Positions 1 to 9,154 of a stretch of 44,613 nucleotides of DNA are shown piece by piece. The translations under genes and the position numbers were made by a program. Where the stretch lies: IMG/VR virus record IMGVR_UViG_3300048893_000087, positions 1 through 44,613 of that record. The stretch is one strand, 5' to 3'. The stretch comes from a virus. Its lineage: Duplodnaviria > Caudoviricetes. Each line of letters begins with the position of its first letter. Within the stretch, counting starts at the first letter, position 1. The notes beneath the pieces were generated by a model, which saw only the letters and a program-made list of their open reading frames with translations, searched no databases and had not been told where the DNA came from.

Positions 1-27
1 CGGGCCTTTTGCAACGCCTAGCGTTGG
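1..27 (+). repeat. Terminal direct repeat (circular assembly overlap), copy 1
   Basis: cgggccttttgcaacgcctagcgttgg is identical to 44587-44613. Confidence 0.95.
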
Positions 28-828
28 ATCGAAGGAGGGGTTGTAATGCCCAGGAAGAGGAGGGTTACCTGACGGGGGCGCGCCACCGGGAGGAGTCCCG
101 CCGCCAGATGGTGGCGCGCTCGGTGGAGTAGCTGCGGGCGGCTGGCTCCCAGGCGGTGTAACGCTCGTCGAAAGGCCGTATTTCTGCTGTGTCGCAGGGT
201 CGCGCGGATCATCGCCATTCTTGATCGCGAGGAGGTTGCGATAGTGCTTGTCGATCGTATCCAGCGATTTCAGCAGCGCTTCCTGGCTCTGGCCTTGGTC
301 AAGGCTGGCACCGGAAATGCTGTCGCGAAGAAGCGCGCCCTCGCTATCGGACAACGCGCCCATGCCGGACGCGCCATTCGGCGACGCTGCCTTTAGATCG
401 GCGAGTTTGCTGAGCGTGATGTTTGCCGCGATCGATCGCAGCTGCCCGGAGAGATCGCGCGCATTCGTGCCCGGGATATGCGCCATTGGCTCGCCCGGGA
501 AACCGGTCGTGAAGCTCTTGGATGCAAGAGCGCGCGCCTGACGAATGGCCGCCAGAATATCGTCGCTTTCCAGCTGGTCCTGAATAGCCTTGGTTTTCGG
601 GTCGGAACGCGCCTCACCTTTGGCCTGCGCCGTCTCTGCCTCAGCTTTCGCCTTTGCGGCTTCCGCAACGGCCTTGTCGCGCTGGGCGGCAACGACGGCC
701 GGATCAAGCTCGTTCTGCAGCTTGCGCGTCTCGAGCGCCTGCTTCGGGTCTGCGCGCTTGGTGATGATAGGCTGACCGGGCGTTATCGCCTTATCGCTCT
801 TCCACCAGTCGTCTTGTGGATCAGCCAT
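1..828 (-). CDS. Large DNA ejection/transfer protein, N-terminal part (continues across the junction into 44586..42778; about 878 aa in total)
   Basis: ATG at 828 overlaps the upstream stop (MADPQDDWWKSDK...); open to base 1 and in frame with 42778..44505; contains GMGALSDSEG, reminiscent of P22 gp20-like transfer proteins. Confidence 0.8.
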   Translation of the reverse strand, partial: MADPQDDWWKSDKAITPGQPIITKRADPKQALETRKLQNELDPAVVAAQRDKAVAEAAKAKAEAETAQAKGEARSDPKTKAIQDQLESDDILAAIRQARALASKSFTTGFPGEPMAHIPGTNARDLSGQLRSIAANITLSKLADLKAASPNGASGMGALSDSEGALLRDSISGASLDQGQSQEALLKSLDTIDKHYRNLLAIKNGDDPRDPATQQKYGLSTSVTPPGSQPPAATPPSAPPSGGGTPPGGAPPSGNPPLPGHYNPSFDPTLGVAKGP

Positions 829-2318
829 CAGCTTTTCACCCTGTGGCTGCCGTCAGGCGCGATATAAGGGGCGCCAGAGGGCAGCGCTTTATATTCTGCC
901 TCGTTCTTGGGCCGCGCGACCTGCGGCGCTCCCTTGGCCCCGTTCTTCCCGAAATAGGGTATGCCAGTATAGCCCGGCAAAGTGACGTGGACATGGTTCG
1001 CGTCGTCAATGAACGCCTTGGCGGTCGGGCCGAAATACTCCTGAGCGGCCGCGAGCAAATCATGAAGATCCTCGCCGGCCTTCGGCACGAAATCAGCCCC
1101 ACCGCCCGTCAGGTGGCTCGAATTACGAACACCGCCAACAGACGCATTGCCCTGCGGCGTGCGCTTGCCGCTCGTCATAACGCCGCCCTTGAATCCCATT
1201 GGGTCAGGGCCTTCGTAGGTGGGGGCGTATTTGGCACCTTGGCGCTTGTGCAATTGCTCTGCGTAGGCGTCAGCAGCGGCTGGGCTGGCAAACGTCCCGA
1301 GGTTTTCCCCGGTCTGCTGGTAGTGGGCAATCGCGTCAGCTTGCGAAAGGACTTTGCCGCCCACGACACGCGGAATAAGGACTTCCCCCTTATCAGTGCC
1401 GATCGAGAAAGACTGCTCAGTCGAATAACTGCCGTCCGCATTGTGCGTAACAGCCCTATGGTCGAGATCTATATTGCCCGGGGCAATCAAGCCCGGTGCG
1501 CTAGCTGGCCCGTAATTTGGTTTTGACGGCGCGGTAGGAGCGCTCGCCCCCGCCCCGCCCGCGCTCGGACGCATGAACGTCAGCGTCTCATTGCCGTCTG
1601 CGTCGACACCTTTGACCGGCACCAGCGGCGTGGCCTTGTTCGTCAGATAGGTGAGCCCAAGGCCTGGCTGGCGCGAATCCATGTACTGCGCATCGCGCTG
1701 CAGCTCGGTTGGTGGACTGAACGATGCGGCCATGGCTTGGTCGCGCACCAGCATGTGGTCGCTCAAGTCGACCGATGCGAGCTCCTGTGGTGAAAACATC
1801 GTCTGGAGCTGTGGCAGTGCATCGTGGAAGGCCTGCGTGCGCTCCGGCCCTTCCGGGAAGTGGGAGAAATACGACGCCCACTGACCTTTCTGTTGAAGGT
1901 GCTCAGTCACCTGCTTGACTTGGTCAGCGTTGGCGGATTTCGCGAAGTTCTGGACGGCAATCGCGGATTGCGGATCGACCTTGGCGAGATCATGAAGCGC
2001 TTCGGCATTGAGCTGCAGGCCGGTTTGCGCGGGTGGAGCGCCCGGCGTTGCTGCCCCAGCAGGCGCAGCCGGATCACCGCCGCTCATCGCCTTGGCCGTC
2101 AGTTCGCGAATCTGCTTTTGGCGCGCGAGCTCCTGAAGCTTGTAACCCTGCTCCGGGTCGATCTGCATAACCGCGTGGGCGCCCGCATCCGGGTCGCTGG
2201 CGTAAAGTTGTAGTGCCGCGTCCATGCGCTTCTGCTGGCCGATCTGGCGCCCTGCCTGATAGCCGCCGAGTGCGGCCTGCGCGAAATTCGGGGTCTGGAT
2301 GAGCGAAAAATCAGCCAT
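828..2318 (-). CDS. DNA ejection protein with C-terminal peptidase M15-like (Zn, LAS-type) muralytic domain
   Basis: TSGKRTPQGNASVGGVRNSSHLTGGGADF...HVHV motif; position among ejection genes. Confidence 0.75.
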   Translation of the reverse strand: MADFSLIQTPNFAQAALGGYQAGRQIGQQKRMDAALQLYASDPDAGAHAVMQIDPEQGYKLQELARQKQIRELTAKAMSGGDPAAPAGAATPGAPPAQTGLQLNAEALHDLAKVDPQSAIAVQNFAKSANADQVKQVTEHLQQKGQWASYFSHFPEGPERTQAFHDALPQLQTMFSPQELASVDLSDHMLVRDQAMAASFSPPTELQRDAQYMDSRQPGLGLTYLTNKATPLVPVKGVDADGNETLTFMRPSAGGAGASAPTAPSKPNYGPASAPGLIAPGNIDLDHRAVTHNADGSYSTEQSFSIGTDKGEVLIPRVVGGKVLSQADAIAHYQQTGENLGTFASPAAADAYAEQLHKRQGAKYAPTYEGPDPMGFKGGVMTSGKRTPQGNASVGGVRNSSHLTGGGADFVPKAGEDLHDLLAAAQEYFGPTAKAFIDDANHVHVTLPGYTGIPYFGKNGAKGAPQVARPKNEAEYKALPSGAPYIAPDGSHRVKS

Positions 2319-3013
2319 TAATAAACACCCGATAGGCCGCCATAGCCTGCGACGGAATCAGCACTCGACGCGCCTTTGCCGTAGCTCGACTGCATACCCT
2401 GCGAGAGGCCGTAAGCGGAAAGAGCGCCGCTGATTGTGTTGTTGATCGCGCCGCCGGTCGCAAGCGCCGCATTCGACGCGACGTTCGAAGCATTGTTGTT
2501 GTTCTGGGAAACCGAGTTGGCATAACCCTGCCCAACGCCAGCCTGAGCGGATGCCGCAGTCAGCCCAACCTGCTGCTGGTTGCTGAGATAGCCGAGATAC
2601 TTGCCGAACTCGTTCGACGCAAAATCCTGGCCATATTTCAGGAGAGATTTTTGCGCCGAGCCGCTTTCCAGCATGCCCCGACTGCCAAGCGCGGCTGTCA
2701 CACTGTCCTGCCCCTGTTTGAGGCGAGAAGTATAGCCGGTTGAGTCGTAATAGTTCTTGAGCGCAGCTTCGGACTGGCCTTTATCGGGATTGAGGCCGAG
2801 CAGCGAATTGATCGCGCCCGTTGCTCGGCCGCCGTCCTGATACGGGGCGAGAGCGGCCTTGTTCTGATTATAGATATCGGTTTGGAGCGCGTTGTTCTTG
2901 TCGGCGTTTTTGGCGGCCGTGCTGGACGCGCTATGAGACGACGCGACCGTGGCCGCGCCCCCGACTACCGCTGCTCCGATGATGGCCACGGCGACCATCA
3001 GTCTGCCAGCCAT
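2318..3013 (-). CDS. DNA transfer/pilot protein (P22 gp7-like)
   Basis: Hydrophobic Ala/Gly N-terminus, LAPYQDGG, GYTSRLKQG...AALGSRGMLESG...LLKYGQDFASNEF pattern. Confidence 0.75.
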   Translation of the reverse strand: MAGRLMVAVAIIGAAVVGGAATVASSHSASSTAAKNADKNNALQTDIYNQNKAALAPYQDGGRATGAINSLLGLNPDKGQSEAALKNYYDSTGYTSRLKQGQDSVTAALGSRGMLESGSAQKSLLKYGQDFASNEFGKYLGYLSNQQQVGLTAASAQAGVGQGYANSVSQNNNNASNVASNAALATGGAINNTISGALSAYGLSQGMQSSYGKGASSADSVAGYGGLSGVY

Positions 3014-3453
3014 GCGGAATAATGCGTCTCAACCTTCGTATAGCCGAGACGATCGAACAGCCACGATGCATCGAGATGCGTTTTCGAGCCGACGAACATG
3101 CGCTGCACTCCGCGCCGCTTGGCCTCAGCTTCCACGGCCTGAAACAGGATCATGCCGCCGTTCTTGCCCCTGTGATCTGGACGCAACCAGAAGATGTCGA
3201 GTTGCAGCGTAAGGCATGTCGAATAGTGCAGTCCGGGTGTCACGAATCCGACGAAATAGCCCACCAACTCGCCGGCCTCGCGCATGGCGATCGTCAGCAC
3301 CTCGCCGCGCGAATCCCGATCGAGATAGACGCCGTATTGCGGCGAAAGCGGCACCTTGTCCTGATCAAGCGCAAGCTCCGCATAATGCTCGGGCAGGAGC
3401 GGTTTTACTTCCTCAAGGAACGCAGGAAAAGGTTCTGGGCATGCAGTCAGCAT
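2998..3453 (-). CDS. GNAT family N-acetyltransferase
   Basis: FWLRPDHRGKNGG acetyl-CoA motif A; LFDRLGY C-terminal motif. Confidence 0.8.
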   Translation of the reverse strand: MLTACPEPFPAFLEEVKPLLPEHYAELALDQDKVPLSPQYGVYLDRDSRGEVLTIAMREAGELVGYFVGFVTPGLHYSTCLTLQLDIFWLRPDHRGKNGGMILFQAVEAEAKRRGVQRMFVGSKTHLDASWLFDRLGYTKVETHYSAWLAD

Positions 3454-3983
3454 CAGATCACCCGGATATCGATGATGACGGCGATGCGATCGTCAGCGCC
3501 GTTATTGATGACTTCGTGCTCAGCGCGGTTGTCAAACCACCACACCTCACCCGCCGCCGCCTGGATCACCTCCCCTCCGCTTCGTGTGACGCAGCCCGGT
3601 CCGGACTGCAAAACGAGATGGTAGCGCTGATAGAATTCGGCCGGCGCCCCTTGATCTGCATGAGGCGCGATGCTCAACCCCGGGGCGAGACGAGAGATAA
3701 TCACGCGACCGAGCTGCGTTCCGCCCACGCGCCGCATCAGGTTCAGCACAAGATCCTTGATCGGCAATTCGCGCCACGCGGGATAGGGATGCGTCTGCAG
3801 GCTGTTGACGACGTCGCCGTTCGGATCATCGAACATGACCCAGATATCATCTACGTCAGCATGAGGGCTGCCGGGATAAGTCGTGCGCAGATCGTTCGCG
3901 TTCCATAGATCAGGACGCGCCGCAAGTGCCGCCAGCATGGGCAGCACATCGACTGAATCGGCTATACGAAGGAAGTGTCGCAA
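3453..3983 (-). CDS. Aspartyl/asparaginyl beta-hydroxylase-like 2OG-Fe(II) oxygenase
   Basis: LAPGLSIAPHAD (HxD), GEVWWFDNRAEHEVIN, DRIAVIID. Confidence 0.85.
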   Translation of the reverse strand: MRHFLRIADSVDVLPMLAALAARPDLWNANDLRTTYPGSPHADVDDIWVMFDDPNGDVVNSLQTHPYPAWRELPIKDLVLNLMRRVGGTQLGRVIISRLAPGLSIAPHADQGAPAEFYQRYHLVLQSGPGCVTRSGGEVIQAAAGEVWWFDNRAEHEVINNGADDRIAVIIDIRVI

Positions 3984-4058
3984 AATCAGTCCGCTTGGCT
4001 ATCCCAACTGCGGGACTGATCTGAAACCGGTGTGCCTGATAAACAGGCAATCGTCAAG

Positions 4059-4658
4059 CTATGGCTCGACCACCCCGGGGGCAAGCCTCACATTTCCATC
4101 CTTTGGCGGTGAGGCCGCCGCAGGAGTCGTCACGGCGCCGATCGCGTGGACGTCGCCTGACTGGATCATATCGGCCTGGTTGGTCGAATAATGATAGGCA
4201 ACGACGCCGCCAGTGTGGAACGGGTCATTGTAAAAGAAGTAATAAGCCGTCGAATAGGCGAGGCCGGTTATAGATCCGCCCGTCACCGCAACGCTCGTCC
4301 CGTCTGCATAAACGCGGGTGTGGGACGAGATCGCTACCGTCACGGAGGCGCCTACATCAGTCGCCGTGAGAGTGAGTCCAACCGCGCCGCTGTTCGCGAT
4401 CGCGTTGTCGGATGACGCCGTGTCCGCTGCGTCCTGCGCGGTTGATGCGGCAGTATTGGCAGCGTCAGCCGCCGTCGACGCCGCGTCGGCCGCCGCGTTT
4501 GCTGCCGCTGCAGCGTCAAGCGCGGCCTGGATGCCATTGACTGAGATTTCGATCTGCTGAGCGAATGACTGCCACCACGACGAGAACTCAATCGTCGCGG
4601 TGCCGTCAGGGTTAACGATCTTCTTGTTGCCGGGAAGGCGCGGGAGCTTAAGGGCCAT
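4059..4658 (-). CDS. Tail-associated structural protein
   Basis: Follows the gp10-like gene; Ala-rich coiled segment then beta-rich domain. Confidence 0.55.
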   Translation of the reverse strand: MALKLPRLPGNKKIVNPDGTATIEFSSWWQSFAQQIEISVNGIQAALDAAAAANAAADAASTAADAANTAASTAQDAADTASSDNAIANSGAVGLTLTATDVGASVTVAISSHTRVYADGTSVAVTGGSITGLAYSTAYYFFYNDPFHTGGVVAYHYSTNQADMIQSGDVHAIGAVTTPAAASPPKDGNVRLAPGVVEP

Positions 4659-6025
4659 CAGCGAGACCTCCCGCCAAGGGGTTCGTTGACCCTCACATAT
4701 GATATGCGCGACGGCCTGGGATCGGTGACCCGAAACTGGATCGTCATATTATCCTGATCGACAACGCCAAGGCGCCGGAAAGCCACGCGCTGGCGGTAAT
4801 GTCCCTCTTCGCCAAGCGACACGCCGCGAAACTCGGTGAACGTCTGCCCGCCGTCGCGCGAGGTGCGCATTTCAATAAGACCCGCGCCTGTTGTCGGGCT
4901 TCCCGTATCACCCACTGAGCAGCTGAGCGCGATATTGTCGATAAAGCCAGCTTGCTTGATCAGCACCGTAAACCAGCGCTGAATCTCAGTGCCGTCGTCG
5001 GTCATCAGGTCGTTGTCGAGGCGCCAAAGCTGGCCTGTTTCGTCATCCCCGGCGATGACATATCGGTTGAAAAGCACGCCGAGAAGCGCGCGCCATTTCG
5101 GGCGATTGAGACTGGAAAGCGCGTGCCACTGCTGCGTGGCCGCATCATAGGAGAATGTGCCGTCAGTCGTGTTGAGCACATAGAAGGTATGCCCGAACCA
5201 CGGGAAAGCCCATGCGTTCAAATCGGCGAGATCCGACGCAGCAATGCGCTCCTCTATGCCGTGGTCGGAGACGCGAAGCGGTGTACTATCGCCGCGGTAA
5301 ACGATGCTGTCATGTCCGATCCAAAACACGGTGTTATCGAGCTTGGCGATGCTGTCGCGGGCAAGCGTGCCTTTATCCAGAAGCCGCCCTTCAACGCGCT
5401 GGAGAGGCGCGTCCGGGTCACCAGTCGTCACGAAAATCTCGGTTACCTGCTCGCAGAACACCCAAACCTGATCGCTGATGATCGCCATGCCGACGATATC
5501 GCCAGTCGATTGCTCGGCCGAGAGGTAGTCGAGTCCGTCCCAGGTGAAGGGATCAAGCGTATAATAGATGCGCCTGGAGTCCGCGCGGCTCGCGATGGCA
5601 TAGCCGCCGATGAAGCCAACAGCCGTAACACCCGCATCGTCCGGGAACGCGATCGACGTTACCGTGGCACCGTCCGTAGCATAAAGCGCATCCCCCGTTG
5701 CCACCAGAAGGGCGTTGAGCGTCGCCGCCATGCTGACGCGGCCTGTGCCAGCGATAGTCCCGATCGACAGCGCGCCGTTGTAGAGGGCATTGCCAGAGAC
5801 AGTGAACAACGAGTCCTCGATCGCGCCCGGTTGCTGGAACATGCCTCGGATCGGCCCGCTGCCAAGCTCGTCATAGGCAGCCAATGCAGGGCGGGGGAGT
5901 AGCACAAGTCCGCCCGGCTCGGCTGGCGTCTTCTCGACAAACAGGTTCTCCAACCGGATGCGAGGTATATCGGCGCGCTTGTACGATTGGATGCCGTATG
6001 GGATTTGCACGACTACGCCGCCCAT
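4658..6025 (-). CDS. Tail hub / packaged DNA stabilization protein (P22 gp10-like)
   Basis: 455 aa beta-propeller-like sequence (GPIRGM, SAEQSTGDIVG, RVSDHGIE, SRDGGQTF...GEEGHYRQRV); synteny. Confidence 0.8.
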   Translation of the reverse strand: MGGVVVQIPYGIQSYKRADIPRIRLENLFVEKTPAEPGGLVLLPRPALAAYDELGSGPIRGMFQQPGAIEDSLFTVSGNALYNGALSIGTIAGTGRVSMAATLNALLVATGDALYATDGATVTSIAFPDDAGVTAVGFIGGYAIASRADSRRIYYTLDPFTWDGLDYLSAEQSTGDIVGMAIISDQVWVFCEQVTEIFVTTGDPDAPLQRVEGRLLDKGTLARDSIAKLDNTVFWIGHDSIVYRGDSTPLRVSDHGIEERIAASDLADLNAWAFPWFGHTFYVLNTTDGTFSYDAATQQWHALSSLNRPKWRALLGVLFNRYVIAGDDETGQLWRLDNDLMTDDGTEIQRWFTVLIKQAGFIDNIALSCSVGDTGSPTTGAGLIEMRTSRDGGQTFTEFRGVSLGEEGHYRQRVAFRRLGVVDQDNMTIQFRVTDPRPSRISYVRVNEPLGGRSR

Positions 6026-6050
6026 CTTTCTCGGGATGAAAAGTCAGCCA

Positions 6051-7757
6051 TCACCACCACCCCAGCGCATGACACAGGCTGTAGATCTTCGCCGCAAAGC
6101 CAGTCGTTGCCGTGGTGCTCGGGTGCAGGCCATCTGTGACGAGAAGGCGGGGCATAATGCCCGCATCGATATCAGACTGGTTGTTCGCGTCCGGGGTCAG
6201 CCCTTGATCAACCCAGAAGCCCCCTGCCCCCGTATTCAGCGCGTAGGCGAAATAGTCGAAGAACCGTGAGCCGTATTGCGTTGCCAATGAGGCGCACAGC
6301 GCGCGGCTGGCAATGTACGCCGCCGATCCGGGCAAGGTCGTTTGCGCCATTGTCGGACCAACAATGAGGAAGTCGGAGCCTTGCGCCGCAATGGCTTGAA
6401 TATCCGTAATTGCCCTAGCATCGGTCGGGTTATTCGTCGCAGTGTTGATGATCCGCTTGACGCTGGTGCGGCGATGACGCTGGACCGTCAGCACGGCGCC
6501 GGAGGAGACGGCGAGCGCGGTCGCCCCCGCAACGTCGCGGGTGAAGTTATAGACGCCCGAGCCCGTCGCCCAAAGCACGCCGGGGACCTGCGTACCGTTA
6601 TCCGTCGTGAGAACCGCTGAAACGCCCCCACTCGATACCAGCGCCAACGGCCCCGACAGGCCTGCTGAACCGCCGTCAGGTTGAACGATCGTCGCTGTGA
6701 CGGCGCCGATCGCAGCAGGCAGCGAATTGCCCGAAAGCGCGATATTCGTGACGATCGCGCCCACCTTTGAGGCGGCATTGTAGGTCCGCGACGAGGAGAC
6801 GTTTTCGTTATAGAGCGCGAGATTCGTGATCCCATTCGTCACCCACAGCTGACGCAGCTTTTCCGGAATCGCGGTAGCAAAAGCTGGCATGTTGAAAATG
6901 GAGTCGCCGCAGGTGAAGATCGTCTCCACAAGATCGGCTGGGCGGTGCGACTCGTTCCATGCCTGGATTTGACGCTTCTCGGTCGTTGTCAGCAGGCGTC
7001 CAATCTGGATGCCACCGAAGAAATCCAGCTTGGCGAGCTGGTCCGCCGTGCCTGAGAAGCCCGCACGGCCGGCGATGGTGATGCCGTTCGGGGCAGCGGT
7101 TCCGGGGCTGCGCGCAGTGACTGGCCAGTCATCATCGACCGCACCCGAAGCCGTGTTGTTGAAGTCGAGAAACGCCGTCTCGGCAACGCCAATCGGGATG
7201 TGGGCGAGGTCTGTGTTCACCAACGTGCCGGCACCCATCAGGAACGTGTGGGACGTGTTCGTGACTGGCGTGGTGGAGTTAAGGCGTTGCAACTGCGCCT
7301 GCGTGTTCACCGTGCCCGATGGTGCCGAATAATAGCCGTCGCAGATCATCTGCGTCGCGGTCGAGGTCGAGGGCAGGCGGAAATGCAGCGCGCGGGATAG
7401 CGGCTGGGCCATCGTGAACGACGCGCCCATGTAGTGGGAGACGCCGTCGAAGGCGAGGTAATAGCGACCATCGGCCGATTGCCTCAGGATCGGGCGCTTT
7501 GCCGATGTGGCCTGGAGGAGCGTGTTGCCATTGCCTGACTTGTCGCGCACCGCGGCCACCGCTCCATTGAGCGTGGCCGGCGTCGTCATGGCTGTGTCGG
7601 CAAATAGCGTCGAGGTGTCGGACACGTCCCACCAGCCGCCGGTTGAACCATCGCTAAATAGGAACGCCAGACTCCCTGAGCTATGAGCGCCATTCAGCCT
7701 TGCGAGCGCTTGAGGCTGGCCCATTGCTTGTTGCATCTGCGCCCCACCAAGGCGCAT
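6051..7757 (-). CDS. Tail spike/appendage with LamG-like N-domain and SGNH/GDSL esterase domain
   Basis: VAAVRDKSGNGNTLLQATSAKRP N-terminal motif; CGDS and DGLHP catalytic blocks. Confidence 0.7.
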   Translation of the reverse strand: MRLGGAQMQQAMGQPQALARLNGAHSSGSLAFLFSDGSTGGWWDVSDTSTLFADTAMTTPATLNGAVAAVRDKSGNGNTLLQATSAKRPILRQSADGRYYLAFDGVSHYMGASFTMAQPLSRALHFRLPSTSTATQMICDGYYSAPSGTVNTQAQLQRLNSTTPVTNTSHTFLMGAGTLVNTDLAHIPIGVAETAFLDFNNTASGAVDDDWPVTARSPGTAAPNGITIAGRAGFSGTADQLAKLDFFGGIQIGRLLTTTEKRQIQAWNESHRPADLVETIFTCGDSIFNMPAFATAIPEKLRQLWVTNGITNLALYNENVSSSRTYNAASKVGAIVTNIALSGNSLPAAIGAVTATIVQPDGGSAGLSGPLALVSSGGVSAVLTTDNGTQVPGVLWATGSGVYNFTRDVAGATALAVSSGAVLTVQRHRRTSVKRIINTATNNPTDARAITDIQAIAAQGSDFLIVGPTMAQTTLPGSAAYIASRALCASLATQYGSRFFDYFAYALNTGAGGFWVDQGLTPDANNQSDIDAGIMPRLLVTDGLHPSTTATTGFAAKIYSLCHALGWW

Positions 7758-7758
7758 C

Positions 7759-8163
7759 TTACCTGACCTTCATGGGGGTGCAGCGAACCGTTGCCGTGCC
7801 GCCAGATGACAGCGCCTTTACCGCTGTGGCAGCGACCACCGGAATGATCTCAGGCTGGTTGGCTACGACCCTGATGCTGGTGCCGTCGTCTACTGCTGCG
7901 CTCCCGGCCGTATTCACGAAAATATCAACGTCGGTCGAAATGCGCAGGAACTTGCAGGCAGCAGGCGGGGTGATAATCGTTGCCGATGTCGTCACGCTGG
8001 TTTTCGTGCCGTTTGCGTGATCGAAGATCGGATCTTGATCAGTGCTCGGGCTGGATGAAACGGGATTGGTTGAGCTGCCCAGCCCCCCCGTTCCTGCGGC
8101 GAGCTGCACAAGATCGGCAGAGCGCGTCTGCCCATTATATGTAACTGGGACTTGATCTGCCAT
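7759..8163 (-). CDS. Hypothetical virion protein
   Basis: Beta-rich 134 aa ORF in the structural operon. Confidence 0.55.
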   Translation of the reverse strand: MADQVPVTYNGQTRSADLVQLAAGTGGLGSSTNPVSSSPSTDQDPIFDHANGTKTSVTTSATIITPPAACKFLRISTDVDIFVNTAGSAAVDDGTSIRVVANQPEIIPVVAATAVKALSSGGTATVRCTPMKVR

Positions 8164-8852
8164 TAGAAATTCCTCCCCATTACGGAGCCCATGAACACCG
8201 ACGCAGGCCGATCCTGATCAAGCATGGATTGCTCGAGAGCAGCGGCGCGTTGGGCGATAATCTGTGCGGTCGTCGGATCGGCCCGATTGACGCCGAAGGT
8301 CTGGACAAGCCGGGCCGCCAGCGCGACGTAGACGAGTTCAGTCCACTCCTGCGGCGCATCCACGGTTTCGGCGCCGTCCGTCACGTCTTCGGGCACGCGC
8401 GAATAGGTGAAGCGGATGGTCGCGTCAGCCACCGGCACCGGCCACAATGTGAGTGAAAGCGTGCCGGTCTGCTTGTCCGGATAGAACGCGACGGGATAGC
8501 CGGGTTGCGCCTTGTTCGGGAGTTGACGATACTGGCCGCTCTCCCACCTCGCCAAAGGACGCTCGAATGTGGTCGATTGAACGAACCGCGCTTCGACCAC
8601 GTCGAGGCAGAACGGGTCCATCGCCACCGTCGCGGTCGCGGCCGGAAACACAACTTCTCCCTGCGTCTCGCGCCAGAGGTTGAGCCCGCGCGCCGGCCAA
8701 CTCTTGAACATCCAGTTCAGTACGCGAATGCCGTCCTGCGTCTCTTCAGCAGTCGGGGATTCGCCCGGCGAGAGTAGCCCAAGCTCCACCATCGCGGCCT
8801 GGATGATCTCGCTGACAAGAAGCTGCGAAGAAATCGTGCCCGACGTTGCCAT
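8163..8852 (-). CDS. Head-tail adaptor (P22 gp4 / tail tubular protein A-like)
   Basis: ELGLLSPGESPTAEE...LNWMFKSW...GLNLW; PQEWTELVYVALAARL. Confidence 0.75.
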   Translation of the reverse strand: MATSGTISSQLLVSEIIQAAMVELGLLSPGESPTAEETQDGIRVLNWMFKSWPARGLNLWRETQGEVVFPAATATVAMDPFCLDVVEARFVQSTTFERPLARWESGQYRQLPNKAQPGYPVAFYPDKQTGTLSLTLWPVPVADATIRFTYSRVPEDVTDGAETVDAPQEWTELVYVALAARLVQTFGVNRADPTTAQIIAQRAAALEQSMLDQDRPASVFMGSVMGRNF

Positions 8853-9100
8853 TATAGGTCGCTCGCCGAAACGGCGCCGACAAACACGTCTGGCGGCTCA
8901 GGGGCCGCGTCAGGCCTTGGCAGGCCCTCAGGAAAGACATTGGGCGGCGTCAATTGCGGTGGCCTTTCATCCCAATCCTCAGGGCAAACACGTAGCCCGG
9001 TCCATTCCAACCGCAGGTCGTTCAGCCGGTATTTGAAGCCACAGCGCTGGCAGATCCCGTAAGCGCCCCCTGGCTTGTAGACTTGCGGAACGATGCGCAC
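8852..9100 (-). CDS. Small Cys-containing (putative Zn-binding) phage protein
   Basis: ICQRCGFKY...EWTGLRVCPEDW; located after the capsid gene. Confidence 0.65.
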   Translation of the reverse strand: MRIVPQVYKPGGAYGICQRCGFKYRLNDLRLEWTGLRVCPEDWDERPPQLTPPNVFPEGLPRPDAAPEPPDVFVGAVSASDL

Positions 9101-9154
9101 GGTTTCATCCCTTCGAGCTGCGGGACCATCCGAAGACAGCCCCGCAGATCACGA

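Noticed and set aside
4430-4530. GCC/GCG-rich quasi-repeat
   Set aside because: Simply encodes the Ala-rich coiled segment of the tail protein
4952-5902. Long plus-strand ORFs opposite structural genes (also 13667..14536, 20498..21496, 26176..26973)
   Set aside because: Antisense shadows of GC-rich coding genes with no recognisable motifs
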